NCBI GenBank assembly: GCA_965153455.1
Contig: OZ234493.1
Span: 25,224,213 to 25,288,212 of the forward strand
Reading direction: 5' to 3'
Length of the DNA stretch: 64,000 nt
Origin: Sphagnum compactum
Taxonomy: Eukaryota
Below are positions 11,455 to 25,970 of this stretch, piece after piece (position 1 is the stretch's first letter; the number at the start of each line of letters is the position of its first letter). Under the pieces are notes generated by a model that saw nothing but the letters and a program-made list of their open reading frames with translations, was not told the origin of the DNA and did not search any database. The position numbers and the translations under genes are program-made.

Positions 11455-14400
11455 GAGATCCAATCAGCCAGATCTCAACAGGTGTAAGTAAAGGAATCAT
11501 CAAAAAGGGAGCTTCCATAAAAGAGCAACTACTGTTTTGACAGACGACATTTGTTCCATTTGTGTCTATGTGTACAAAAGAACATGATCTGCCTTCAGCA
11601 GCAATGGCATCAAATCTTGCGAAAGGGTGGGGAAGAGTCACATCCAGGGGGATTGAAGGGAGAGTGCAGTCACTATCTCAAAGACATTGTAGAGAGAGAC
11701 CTTGAGAGAGACCCAAGTGTTCTAGAACGGAGTAAAAAAACCAATTAAATGGTGTACAATTGCACTGTAGATTTGTTAAGGGTTGTATTTGCCTTCTCAA
11801 ACATTGCAAGACCTCATATGTCTTGAACTTGTTTGTATAATAATAAGCGCTGTATCTTAGCTTATGCCCATTTCATCACCCACAAATCTGTGGCTGTGAA
11901 GATTACTATTGTGGTCCAGGTCTTTGCTGCAGAAGCTTTATTTTTTGTCAATTGACTTCTTTGTATGAGGAAGTAATAAGGTCTCTAGCATCCTTCCTTC
12001 CAGGTTGCAAAATTTTCTCTAGTCAAAACTTGCAATGCAGGTTGTAGTTATTTATGGTACATAAGGGCCCCAGGTGGCTTCTGGTGTCAATGATATTGAA
12101 AATCAAAAACATTTGCCCCCTTTCTTTAGAGATTCTGCTGAGGTTTTCCTTCGCCGCAATTTTCTTAGGAAGTTTTGTTGAAGGCCCTAGCAGTAAGACT
12201 GTATAGAGAGCCAGAGAATGGGAGTTGCTTGCCAGCGAGTGATTGGTTATGGCAAAGCTACTTTTCCTTGAAACAGAATAAACTGTTTCTCCAGAGCTTG
12301 ATGTGGAAAATTTCCCAAGACTTTGTTCAAATGTGTGTCTTGGCCTACTTTTGGAATGCATTGGTTTTGCACCTGTTATTATTACTAGCAAATGCTCAGG
12401 TAGTTTTTGTCATGTTGAGTGTGCTTTGATTCTCTGTCTATGTACCTTCAACACTTGTTTGCAATTACCTCTCTCAATTGGAGGTCATCTTATTGCAAGA
12501 CAGGGTGGGGTGTGCGTTGTTGTGCAAGTGTTTGTAGGAAGGACTCAATCACATTTGTCATGTTTTCCAAGGCAATAAATCCCATTATTCACCGGCGCAT
12601 TTTATCATATTACACCATGCAGTGTCCCGCCTCTTTTTTTCTGGACTTTGCTCATGACTTCTTTGGTAGAGAGATGTGGTGAAAAGCCATATAACAAAGA
12701 AACCCTTTTTTTCATTTCTCTTGCCTATTAACTCTTGTTCTTTACATAGAAAGTTTTTCATTTGCTGTTCTGGCTAATGCCTATTATGAAGTAGAATTTT
12801 TCCTTTTCTTCTGCCAAATGATTGCTCTCTAGTACACACTCACAAACACAAGAAAGTGGGAGAATGGGTATTCTAGCTGAAAAATGAATTCCTTCTACTC
12901 TATGTAGGTGTGTGTACAATTTGCTTCTGAAGATCTAGATGCATAGGGCTTCCTTCTCCTTCACTCCTTTTCGACTTTACTTTTGTCCATACATGTTTTA
13001 AGCTTTTATTTGTTGACCTGAACTGATTCCTCTTTGATGGTTCTAATACCCCCCTCCCCTCTCCCCCACTTTTGTTTGGCATAGAAATCTGCAAAGTCTG
13101 ATTCCTTGTGAAGGGTGAAAGATTGGTTATCTTCTTTTAGGCAGAAACCCCTTTTGTCTGTAGTAGTGGTGTGCAAAAGCCAGCCTGGGGAGGACAATTG
13201 TGTGTCCCTTAAAACAAGGGGAGAGCATTGAGATGGTATCTAGGGTACTACTTGCGTGACACTAAATTTCTTTGTCTCACACACACACACACACACCAAA
13301 AGGAAAAACAATTCACACCTGATCTAGAGTGTTTTCTGAAAAGCTTTCAAGTCAGTTGAATTTGTGGGCGAAGAAGAAAGAATGAAGAGGAATTGGTTAT
13401 GTAGTAGGTATCTAAGGAAATTAGGGTTTGATGATGTAGAACCATCAAAAAACACCAGCATGTTAGAAATTTCAAAAAGAATGGGTTCTTGAAAAAATCT
13501 TTGCTGATATTGAAGGTGGGACCACAAATATATTGAACAAGGCGTCACAAACACGCCGGCCCTGCCAATAAATAAGATGTCTACCTATTGTGTCCACACT
13601 CTCAATACCATAAAACATCTGTTCCAATTTTAACAGTCTAAACACTTTCACCAAAGAAACAGCTTCACTCAATGTGAAATCAGTTCTAACAAGGTAAAAC
13701 TTCCAAAAGTTGGATTGAATGTGATAGTCCCACTATCAAATAAATCTCACTCCATGTCTGCATCTAGAATATGTCCACACCCCAATTAAAACTTCTACCA
13801 TGCATGCTGGTCACAGGGTTTGCATGGTTTTTCCCAAATGGAAAAGCACCAGCAGAAGATTTTTGATGTCTCTGGAGGGCACATTATCAAGTGGAATTTC
13901 TTGTTTGCAAAAAGGGTCTTAAGCCTAGGTATAGTGTATAAGCCCTAATATATGGATTTGAGGTTAGGTTTTAGGGACCTAGCTCCAAGCTCCCACTGTT
14001 GCAATTTTTATTTATTTTTTCCACTTGGGACTCCCTCCATGTGACTTGTTTTTTCCTCTCACTACTTTACTCCCTCCCTATAATTTTGTTTTAACTTTTC
14101 TCACTTCTCACTCCCTACGAATTGTTTCATCATGAACATCACAACATATTTCTTGGGATTTAGTAATTTGAAAAAGATTGAGACCACATAGGGAGCAAGG
14201 AATGTGTTTTCTTGAAGAGAATCAAGACTTAAGAGAAAAAATTTGTGCAAAAAATTGCTTATAATGACAATTAAAAAATTGGACCTAGAAACTGAAAATC
14301 GACAAATGTCAATAAAATTATTCCTTAAGGTTGGAACCAGTGGGTCAACCTAGGCAATACTCGTACATATGCGGCAGAACTTTGTAACAAAAGATGCTTT

Positions 14401-16839
14401 GTTGAAAGATTTTGACAAAGTCTTTGCAAGGATGGAACTCTACAAAGTGGAGTGAGCACAGTGGAACAACAACAGTTGATAAGTTCAAACTCCACAATAA
14501 CAATTTGTTGCAAAAGCGGGGAAGAAGACCTTGATCAAATCAGTGCAAGCATCTGATTCTAACTTACAAACTGAATTGGCCAGGCAAATCATGTCCTCTT
14601 TGCATACTCAAATGGGTCCCTGCTGTAGTTCATAATTGGAGAGAAGTTGAGAAAAAACACCAAAATTTTGTCTCTTCTGCTCCCCCCTCCTCCCCGAAAA
14701 ATCATACAATACCAAATACCTAGGATGCCTTTCATGGCCATTTCTGTGCAGGGGTGATCCAGTGCCCACATGGCCGATTCAGTGCTCTTTCACACCTATC
14801 TTTCTAAGTGTTACTCCTTTGCTCTGGCCATGTTTAGCCCATTTCAAAGTAAAGAGGAACGGGAATGTGTTCTTTTCATATAAGTGTTTTTTTTATAAGA
14901 ATTGTTTTAATGTCATATTCACAATCAGATTTTCAGTGCCTTGTGTACCAATTTGCGTCCCATTTCTTAATTCAAATTCAATTGAATTTAAATTAAATTT
15001 ATGAATTTGAATTCAAGTCAATTGAATATGTATTGAAATTCAATTCAAGTTGCAAGCAATGTCATTCAATATTTTCATTCAAATGCAACTTAATTTTCAC
15101 AAAATCAATTCAATTTTATTTATATCAATTGATCATCATTGGTAATGCATAATAGTGTGAAGCCCCAAGTATAGAATATATGGGATTATGATTTGTCACC
15201 AAAACAACATTGTTGTGTTAATGCAGTAATCCATATATGATTCAGTTGTATCGTTAATGGTTGTGTGTTTGGAAAACAGACGTTTCCAATTGTATTTGTT
15301 CATGGCATTTTGTAATGTTGTTGATTGGGATGTTTTTGTTAACATGTCTACATTAAAATTTTCAATTACAACAATTGGACAACTTGTAGGCGTTTTTTTA
15401 AAAATGGTTTTTAAGATTGAATTTAAATAAATTGTTTACATCTTAGGGGTTTCTTAGATTGTGATCATTTTTTTTTCGGGGTTTTTTTTTGTCTTTTTGT
15501 TGTAATAATGAATTTGGCACTTGAATTTGCTATGCAGTTGTTTAATTTGATAAATACTAGCTAGTATCAATAGCCTAGACATACTTACTTATCTTATGAA
15601 AAAGTTCAACAAGATTTAATGTTTGATTATTGTAGTTTGCCCAATGGAATATTTATTTGGTTTTCATTTCATATAAATGTACACAATTCAACCCAATGAT
15701 GATACTCTAATAATAGAATGTACATCCATCATTCATCCAAGTTGCACATTCATTCCCTTCCCAATTTTCATACAAATATTTCATCTACAATTGGGGCTCA
15801 TGGCTTAAGGTTCCTGATTTTGCATTCCTATAAAAAATAAAGGGATGGGGCTATGGTAGGAAGAAAAAAAAAAAAACTAAATAAGTTTATTTTCATTGGA
15901 TGGGTAGACAAGACTTTAAAAGAAACATTAACCAAACAAAATATCAAATTAAGTTTTAAGGCTACAAGAATACATGACCTCTTAACCCTTAGGCCATGGA
16001 TGACAAGACAACCTTCAAAGATTTACTCATGAACAAATAACAAGGAAGATGGAAAAAAATACATACTAGATGACGAAGTTTATCACAACCAACAATGTCA
16101 AGAGTAATTTACTATTTACAAATCTATTTAAAATAACAAGAACAATCCACTAAACAACTATTAGAGATGAAAATAATGACAAAGCAAGACTAGACATCAA
16201 TACTACATGTGGATATGTTTCAAAGCTTTCATGTGACAAAAGATGGGCCTAAATAAGACAATGAGCATGTAGTCAACCTAGAAGATCCATGTTCATAGTT
16301 GCAACCATAATTTCAAACTTTTCCAAATCTAACCCAAGCAAAGAAGAATTCTTATAACTTGATGATGCTACCCCATTTGCCTACAAAACACACCAAGGGA
16401 ACCTTGAGCCATTCACAAATTACTCCCAGTCACATGTTATGATTTTTAATGAATACTTAGGTATCATACAATAAAAGGTTATGAAAAAAGCAATGTTAGA
16501 AAAAGTTGGATATAATTTAAATGAAAGGAAAGGAAAGAAAATAAAAGCAGGTTATAAGAACAAAAAAATTCACTAATTATGGTCAAGCAAACAACTTAGA
16601 AATTAATCAAGCAACATGCAAGAGAAACATCTATGTGAAGTTGGTTTACAATGGCTATCAAGGAGGCATGTGATCATTTTCATCTCAATTTTAGGTAAGA
16701 TTCAAAGCCGAACCCTTAAGGTACAAAAGGTGTTTACCTACGCTACTCAACAATTGTGTAAAAACAAATCAAACAAAACGAAAAACCCAAAATGGTAGCC
16801 ATAAGGCATGGAGTAGCAAGGTTTTGCATCCCTCTAATA

Positions 16840-17370
16840 ATTAAATGAGTGAACAAAGGGATAAGGAAGGTATGGGAGAAAGAAGATGAGGACCAGAACA
16901 TGAACACAAGTAGTAGGAAGATGAAGACTAGGAAAGTGAAGATCAAGGTCAAACATGAGCAACAAGACAAGGAAGATTGGAAAAATGAACATTAGGGCAA
17001 AACAAAAGCAATAGGATGATGAGGGCTAAACACAAGTAACAAGACAATGAGAACCAAGAAAAGGAGAACCAAGGCCAAACACAAACAACATGATGATGAA
17101 GACTAGAAAAAGGAACACCAAGTTGAACAAGAATAACAAAACAATGAAGACCAAGAAAAAAAATGTTAAATTGAATAGGAGCAATAGGACTATGAGGACC
17201 ATGAAAAGGTGCACCAAAATCAAACACAAACACAAGATGATGAGGACTAGGAAAAGGAGCACTAGTTTAAACATGATCACAAGATGATAAAGACCAAAAA
17301 AAGGAGCACTAGGCTACTTCATGAAGAGAACATGATGACCACTAAAAAGATGAACACCAAGAAGATGAAG
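16840..17370. repeat. Degenerate purine-rich tandem repeat (atgaagactaggaaaaggagcac-like units)
   Basis: Recurrent atgatgaagac/ggactag(g)aaaaagga(g/a)cac motifs with a strong A/G skew on the + strand. Confidence 0.7.
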
Positions 17371-19029
17371 CCACTTAGGCTTTGGGGTTTCATGAAACAT
17401 AATATTTTGCACACCCATGGTGGTGGTTCCATTTTTGTAGAACATGTTGGGTTCACCATCACCCTTGACTAGGAAACCCCATTTTTAAAAATATCTTCAC
17501 CATTGGAATGCATTGAACATTTATAAATAATATTGGCATTCATTCTCACCTTCATTCATTTTGGGGACGAGGTATAGATAACATCCAACTATGAACATTT
17601 GGACATTTGATTGTTTGATTATAAGGGTGGTCAAATATTTATTCATATGTTATCATGTGTACTTTGAATTTTTTGAAATTTTGACTTTGGGGTTCCGTGG
17701 CTTCTTCATTTTTCAACTGATTTGAACAATTTAAAAAGCTATGGATGCACCGAGAGGAACTATACATTTTTTCTCTGCAAACCAGAGACAAAGGAGGATG
17801 ATTGAATAAGTGTGGAGTCATATGCATGCTTACCTTATTAATAATAGTCTTGAAACTTTGGTCACTTGAGTCTCCCTCCTCCCTCCACCCAAATGGAAGA
17901 TCCCCACTTCTTGTGGATTGTGCATAGTGGGCACTTTGTACTTAGCCAATATTTTAACATGGAGGTAGGGACTAAAGACTTGCCAACATCTAATAACTTC
18001 AAAGTAGAATAAGAGGCTGATATGGGGTGCTTGAGTGAACCAACACCTACACTGGTACCATGGTGAAAAAACCTCAAATTTTCTTAGGTTGCTTTTGACC
18101 CATGCGACAGGACTGGCACCTCCTAATAACACACAAGTATGTAAAATGTGGAGAGTCACAAAGTTGAAATTCTCAAAATTAAGAAATGCTGATTCCAATG
18201 TAAAGGTTTTAAGAGTCCAATCAAACTATTTATGGATCTAAAAACAAAGATTTCAGCCTAGATTGGAGTTGGGAGTACAGTATCCATTTTGTCCTCTCAC
18301 CCCTTCCATTTCCATTTGCTATAGAACTGGTTTCCCAAGGCCCCAAGCACACTACTCCCAATTCCAGACCCCTCCACTTGCATTGAAACGAGGAGAGACT
18401 AGGTACCCTTTGGGTTGGTTGGTATTGTTTGCCTTTTCTGCGCACATCAGTGCCAAACATGTGGCTTGGATGTCCATCCCTTCACTCTTTCATGCTTTTG
18501 AAAAATCTTTTAGATCAAATTCTGGGTATGAGTTGCTCAACTCAAATAACCATGGAGTCAATTTTTTTCCCCTTCTAAGTTAAACCTAGTTCAATCTCCC
18601 ATCCATAGTCCGTACTTTACTTCCTTGACTGAGCTTCTAGCACCTTCATCACAGAATGGGCCAAATGAGAAGAGGAAACCTGAGAGAGCTCTGCTTGCTT
18701 CTACTGTGACAACAGGAATCATTTCACCTCTTACCCAAGTGTGAATTTCAACTATGACAATTCCAAGCTGATGGAAAGAAGCTAATGTCATGAATTCATG
18801 AAATCTAGGGACAACTATATTCCCCAGGAAGGTAATGCAAAGAATTCATGAAACCCAGTTTCAATCTTCCCCCAGAAGAAATGTTCCAGTAGTACTCCTC
18901 ACAGAAGAGAAGGTAGTGTTAATAACATGGTCATTTAGGTACATAGTTTCTAAATTTTTTTCAAGTTTAATATAAAGCACATGATACCAAACTTCTATAT
19001 AATTTAGTAGGCCGATAGAAGGTTTGGTA

Positions 19030-20413
19030 TAATTGAACTAAACCTAGGTGCCATGTGGCCTAAGTTTACACCTAACTTAAGAACCATACTGCTTAAACAA
19101 GTAAATCTTGGCCCAATTTAGGTGTCATTTGGCCTGTGTATCACATGTGGCAATGCACCATAGGTCTAGACATGGCTTAGACCGTCTAGCCTAGGTGCTT
19201 AATGGTTTAGCTTTAATCATACTTTAGGTGCTACATTAGACACTTAATTAACCTTAGGTGGTTAACCTTAGTTTAGCCAAGTTTAAACACCATGTACATG
19301 CTAAATTAATCAATAGGTTATATACTAATTATTCACTTAAGTTAAAATCATATTATAATACTATTACTTATTATAATAATGAAAATGTAACTACCTGATT
19401 TAGAATAGAACTAATTACAGTAACATTTGAAAATAAAAATGTTATTATTAATGCATATGTTTGTCGTAATCTTTATAGTTATTTCAATCTTTAAATAATT
19501 AATATTTTTATGAATATTATTCCCTATTCCCTATCATCTACAATAATTAGTAGGTAGATTAAGCTAGTTAATTATTATAAATAGTTGTTATAGTCTAGTT
19601 AGTAATTGGGTACTAGGTACCTAGAATCACCCAACATTGAACACAAGCCTATGTACCATTGAAAATTTCAATATTTTTTTCATTTTTTAACCAAATCAAT
19701 GAACAATCTTTGTGTTATTAGAAGCACAAATTGAAGGATTACAAATTTTCTCTAAACAATAGAAGCAAAGGAACAAGGAAGAAAACATGAAGAGGAGGAA
19801 AAGGTTAAATAATATTTTGTCTCAAATTTTTTGAAGAAAAAGCTCTAAACCTTCTTTAGTTTTAAACCCTAAATCTTTGTCAATTTCAAAAGGTGGAATG
19901 GGCACATAAGATGAACCAATAAGAAAGGTTTGACTTGAAAAGCCATGTGGCCAAAAAAAGGATTATTGTAAGCTTATTTATCTACCTTAAACCTAAGTAG
20001 TATTATGATCTATTTATTTACTTAAGCCTACTCACCTACCTACCACTTATGCTTAGGTTAGGTTGGTATATATAAATAGGTAGGCCTAGTAGGTAGGTAA
20101 CATAATTTCCTACCTACCTATTCACTTTTAGGTGGACCTACATACTTGTTTAAGCCTAGACATAACTCTAGGTAGGGCCACATGTCAACAAACTACTGGT
20201 TATTCTTTGTTTTGTTTAGTTATAACATAGTCAAAATTACAATTCAATGGCCTAGTTGGAATATAGTTGAAAATTCAACTCGTTGTTTGATGTCGTCATG
20301 ATTTGTCAGTGGATGAAGTTCATTTAGTAAACAGTTATGGTTGAAAACAATTTTGATTATAATGGTGAAATCATTTATAACTAAAATGGTCCAAAATGAT
20401 TATTGTTGTGGTG
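19030..20413. repeat. TAGG/CCTA-rich low-complexity satellite block, possibly the body of a non-autonomous CACTA-like element
   Basis: Dense taggt/accta/ggtta motifs; the block ends in ttgtggtg (20406-20413), the reverse complement of a CAC(C/T)ACAA-type terminus. No left end found. Confidence 0.5.
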
Positions 20414-21339
20414 TTGGACATGTGGCGGGCATAAGCACACCAAACCCCCCAAAAATTCTAATCACAAGTATAATATTTCTGCAATTATTTTTTTGGTAAT
20501 GTATGGACATCACATATTGGATTATTTTTGTTTGTTTTAAGTATATTTGATTAACTTGAAAATTAATCTAATCAATTTTTTAAAAATCCAACAAACAATG
20601 AAAAACTTGAATGTATGGAGTATATTTGTGACAAAATAATACCTATCATAGAATTCGAAAAATTTGCATACATAGTTCAAAACTAAGGTTGTGAGTGGAG
20701 TTCTTGGGTGATTTCTTTTATGGTGTATGATATTGATATACATGAATTAAATTTATGACCATTTAAAGATTTAAAGTTTTTGGATGAAATTTCATTCAAA
20801 AAATGTGTTCTTTTTTGCATTTTTGAACAATAAATGCATAATAATATATATTTTAGGAAAAAAACCACTACCACATCAATTTTCTTTTGTTTAATAATGT
20901 TTCATGAACCACAAACATGAGGCCCCATATGGTTGTTGAAAAATTGTAAGTTATATAATGTATGTACATTAATTTATCCAATTCTATTCATCTAACCATT
21001 GGATCAAGATTAATTTTGACTCAAAATGAACTTTGGGAGTTCCAAAATTTTATCATGCAAATTTTTGCTTGTGTTTGTGATAATCAAAAAATACCATCAA
21101 GATTTTAACTTACTGTGTATTATAATACTTGTTATACATCACCCTTTTTGGTGAAAAGTGGATCACCTTTAGTGTGCTTTCACCTTGGCATCACTTTTGA
21201 TTATAATATCATTTTCGACTTCTACTTGTCAACTTTTGTGGTTAGTAAAACTAGAAAAAAAAAATTGCAATTGGAAAGGTGATTTTCATTTATAATTGTA
21301 ATTGAACCCAAATAGTAAACATAGTTGGAAAAGGGGGGG

Positions 21340-22550
21340 TTTTCTACTAGTGGGTTTAGCAACATCGCCTAACATTTGATCTAATTGATGAAGATTGATC
21401 GTGAGTACATTTAGGGTGAAGCATAGGACCAAACCTTTCAAAAGTTAAAGGCATGTCTTACTTTAGCTCCTATTTTGCAATGACCCATTTAGGGGTGATC
21501 ATCTAGTTACACATGGATTGGAGCACCTTAAGTTTGTGTCATGTTTACCCAATTGGATGATGAGGATAAAAAAGTTCATGGTGGCATATGTCAGTTAATC
21601 GAACAATAAAATGAAGGCCAAATATGAATTCTCTGAAAGGGGACGCCTCATTTTAGGTCATTTCATCATTCTAATGTTGTTTGTATGGTAACCCATTCAT
21701 TTTAGTTATGAATCATTAACTTTTAAAATTCTTGATGGGATCAAATTGTTTCAAAAAGAAGTTAGTTAAGTGAACACTTATTTTGCAAGAGTACGATTTT
21801 GACATTGTTCATAAGGATTAGTCAAAATGTTGACGGGTTAAGTTGAAACCCAAGTTCCAATTAGGAGGATACCATTAGGGCTTGTTGGCATGGTGATGTC
21901 AATTTGGAAGTAATTGTTGGCATGCCTCTACATATTATGTTCATTCTTGGGATGTTTTAGGGTTATACCTAAGATTATCATGGGTGTTGGGGATTCCCAT
22001 GATGTGGACATTGAGTTGGGTGGTGATGGTGCCTTGAACACATATGATGATGCACATGTTATTACATATATGCAAGTAGGTGAAGTCCTAGTTGGATTAA
22101 CATCCAAGGAACGTATTTAGCTCGTGCAAAATGCTAAGAAGTTTCTATGGGAAGGTGATTCCTTCCTATGGGTGTGAAGTGATGGATGAGTGCAAGTAGT
22201 GCCTCACTTGGAGTATGTGAAAGCCTTGTATAACATGTTCATAAAACGTTGGGCCATTTTGAGGTTCGATGAACTTACAATTTGTTCCAACCATAATATT
22301 GGTGCATGGAATGCAACTATAAGTTCAAAAATTTGTTTCTTGATGTGTGGTGTGTGATCATTTAAGCATCATTCAATGCACTTACACCTAATCTACAACC
22401 ATTACCCATGATGGCCTAAGGTATTGATGGAGTTTGGATATTAAGTTGAACATTACAACGTAATCAATATGTCTTGATTATGATTAAACATTTCTCTAAT
22501 TGGATGGAATTGATACCATCATTAGATCATAGTAGTGAAGGAAAAACACA
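21340..22550 (+). mobile_element. Ty3/gypsy LTR-retrotransposon pol remnant (RT C-terminus, RNase H, integrase)
   Basis: Stop-riddled translation GFSNIA..L..LMK...DQTFQKLKACLTLAPIL..LHMDWST, VAYVS.SNNK, LQEYDFDIVH, HKTLGHF, FSNWMELIP. No LTRs recognised. Confidence 0.8.
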
Positions 22551-22639
22551 TGCTAAGGAAAAGATAAAATTTCATATGGTTAAAGGAGGATAAACCAATT
22601 AAACATTTGGGCTTCTTGATGAATTTCAATATGCTTCAA

Positions 22640-24420
22640 CAAAATAAGGTTGTTAAAGAAATCTTACAAGTAAGGGGCAAACTAACAATATGGAATTTGA
22701 AAAAACTTTCTTTGGCTTGCAAAGAATCTTGGTTGCTAAACAAATGATTTTGGCATTTTGTGTCAACATATTTCTACCAACATGGGAAAATTAATACCTT
22801 GTATGTAATTATCTGTGGGCTAAGGAGGCAAATCACAATTGCACAAGTGAAGGTTGCCTATGACACAATAATATTGCCCTTGTTTAGAGGAGGCATTAAG
22901 ATATTGAACCTTGAAGCTCAACCATCAACATTATTGGCTTGTTGGGGGAATTATGCTAGCCTAGAGCCTTGGAAATTTTTACCTCAACATAGATTGGATG
23001 ATCTTAAACAACATTATAGAGGATTTTGGCCCCTAGACATTGAATGGATGATGATGCCTCCAAAGGTGAAGGCTCCAAAGAGGAAGGCGAAGGACCCACT
23101 TTTGTGGTAGGGAATATTGATAACATTGCATAAGGTTAGGGGAGGAATGTTGTAGGAAGACCCAAATTAAACAACTTGGACGAAATTTTGAGGCAACACT
23201 TATACAATAACCAAAAAATCACAAATATTGATGGAAGAGAACCATGGGGAGTTGAACCAATCTCAAAATTCTTCAAGTGGGCCCTTCAAGGCATTTGACG
23301 GGTAGAAGACTTGTGAAAGGAGGAAGAACAAGATGGCATATAAAGTTGAGGAGCTCAAAAGGACCATTAAAAGTATTAACCTTGAGTAGAAATGAAGTTC
23401 CTTGATTGTCAACATCCCTTGGCCCATTCAATAGAATGCAAAGCCAAAAATGCCAAGTGACTAAAAAACATCATAGTGGTAGAAGCTCGAAATAATTTTA
23501 GAAACCTTAGAACAAGGTGTTCACTTTAGCTAGGATACATTGCTTGGGAAGAGGTCCTCATTGTTGAAATGGAACTTCATAGACAAGGTCTTATAGAAGG
23601 AAAGATACCATTACCATGAGAATGGTAGCCAAATTGTGGATTATTACCATAAGAATGTTGTGGGACACTTTAAGATCAAAACTTCTATGAAATATTTGGT
23701 GTCGAAAATGCGAGTTTGATTTTAAACAAGGTCATTTTCATTTGGGAGTTTCTATGTTCCATGCATGGAAGACAACAATGCAAACATGAATGGGAGCTTG
23801 GAAGGAGTTGCATTCTCGCAAGTGCTCAATGAGAAACAAGCAAGGCCAATAAATAACCAATTTATCAAGGTATGGTCACAAGGCCAATTATTTTGTAAAT
23901 TCCAAGGTGTATTCAAATGGAATCCAACATGCTTAACATATACTTTTTACTTAAGCACATGGTGAATTGCAATAATGGGTCTCACACATGACTTGAACCT
24001 CAATTGATTTTTAGAAGGGAATAACCTTTTGATTCAAAGACAACAAAAGGAGAGACTAATGGTATGGATCCACACAAGAGTTCTGCATTCCTAGCCATTG
24101 GTCCAGGAGAGTCAAAATCCATCAAGAGGACACAATTGTAGATCATATTTTAAGGGCAATTATGGAAGAACTCCACGAGACAACAAGAGAAATTCAAGAG
24201 GGAGCAAAATTGACAATCAAGGATTCCATTGAGGCCCAACAGAGATTCTTCATCTACCTGAAGAGCTTCATTCACCACAAACCCATTTTACAACTGCATA
24301 ATATGTGGACGAATGAACAAGATTCTCAAAGGATAGAGGCAGCATGTAGAACCATATGGGGACATTTCTATTCCTGTGAGACCTCTAAAGGTCTATGCTT
24401 GCCGAAATAGGAACAACTTG
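22640..24420 (+). mobile_element. Non-LTR (LINE/L1-like) ORF2 remnant, C-terminal to the RT core
   Basis: W..KKLSLA, AQVKVAYDTIILPLFRGGIKILNL (resembles the L1 KVAW..IxLP..GGLG motif), further decayed W-rich segments, many stops. Confidence 0.6.
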
Positions 24421-25259
24421 AATCAAACCACGGGGACTCAGGAGCCTTAAACTTAATTTCAGGCTTCGTATATCAGCTCATTCAGCTCATATTGAGCTAT
24501 TGGGTCTCTGCCTCAAGTAAGATCTTCAGGGCTTATTCCTTTTGCCTTCCTTTTAATTGAGCTTGGTTTCCTGGATATGATTTTTTATCTTTTTTTGCTT
24601 CTCACTGCTTTGCCCTCTTTTGGTTCGTTTCAGGGTCCTTTCCCTGGTGTTTTGGTGTTTAGAGGGCTTTCTGCTAACGCATTAAGGGATTTTAAGCTCA
24701 CCCATGGCCAAGCCCAGCTTGCAAGCGGCTATGGGTGTGTGTGGTTTTGATACCGGGCACCTGGTGTCAAAGCCCAGAACACACAGACTTGCTCTGTATG
24801 AGAACTGACATGAGGAATAAAACGGCTTACCTGTGTACACTGCGCTAGTGCAATTGTGGAGACCAAAATCCTGTAGAGCACATCAATGACTAGTCTACCT
24901 TCTACATCAGTTCAAAACAACTCATGATTAGAGGCTAATTTGCTTGCTGCTTCATCCAATACTTTCCATAGTGACCCCTGATTTGACCTGGAATTGCATG
25001 TATGCACGTTAAAAATCCACCCAAAAGCTCCATATATGAATCAAAGAAGAGAAAGCTATCCCACCAACAGTCCCTGCAATGTACTCAACAGACTGTAATA
25101 CATCTGAGTGACAAAAGCATTGTCAGCTCTAAAAGATGTTCTGCCTGGTTCCTTAGCATCTCAGAGCAAACAGCCTCACAAGTTGATGATCAACAATTTG
25201 CAAACTATGAAGTCAGGAAGCAGGAACATGTAGGAGAGTCAGTTAAACTTGACCTTAGT

Positions 25260-25970
25260 AGATTTGTTCTTATGTCACCCAACATCAAAGACTCAAGTTT
25301 CAATACTAAGAGCGTTCTTCAATGTATTGTATCATCTCCTTTGAGTTGAAAGACACAGATGACATCTGAATCCAGTTTCTAATGCCACAGCAAAAGCTCC
25401 ATGCTGCTCGTGTCATCCACAAACACTTTTAAACTCCCAGCATCCACTCCAGACTTTTGCTCATATGCATGAAAAATATGCAAGAGGCATCTCTGAAAAC
25501 TGCTCATTTCTTTCATTGAACTGCACATGATGTGTGCATCTGGTGTAAAACCTGCCATGTAATGGCAAACTTGCAGCCCACAACTCTCTGGAGCAGTAGT
25601 ATATAATCTGCTGGCTTTCAGGCACAGGATTGGGTCACTTGGTGTCTCTAGCCCAAGAGCCCCCTGAAAAAAGCTGTCACACAATACGCCTGCATCCCCA
25701 TCTGCCAAAGGGAATGTATAGTAGATTGCCCATCCATTCCAAGTTGCAGCTGGTACAGAAAGACCAACATGCACATAAATGGACACTAGAAATCCACAAG
25801 ATGGGGTCGGCATCTTGAACAAGGTTTCCTACTTTTATATATTGGTTGTGAACTATCACATTTCAGACAATAGTAAGAATGATCATCCAGCAGAACAAGA
25901 GCAAGGAAATTAAAGGTATAAGCTTGATTCCCTCTTTGTGAGCAGAATGATCCTTGCAGATCAGCCATGG
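25260..25970 (-). pseudogene. Decayed gene fragment with a possible ubiquitin/SUMO-like segment
   Basis: The minus strand reads LLHIFHAYEQKSGVDAGSLKVFVDD...LLLWH*KLDSDVICVFQLKGDDTIH*, reminiscent of SUMO/UBL patterns. GC content is higher than in the flanks. Confidence 0.3.

Noticed and set aside
13400..13880. Coding-like minus-strand stretch
   Set aside because: Short, interrupted, and no recognisable family.
15900..16800. Possible pogo/DDE transposon remnant (NYSQSHV..NEYLGI..K)
   Set aside because: Only a short, weak resemblance; cannot be supported without a search.
16743..17472. Hydrophobic or Lys-rich ORFs suggesting membrane proteins
   Set aside because: Artefacts of the purine-skewed degenerate repeat.
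18260..18790. Coding-like stretch with elevated GC
   Set aside because: All frames are interrupted and no motif is recognised.
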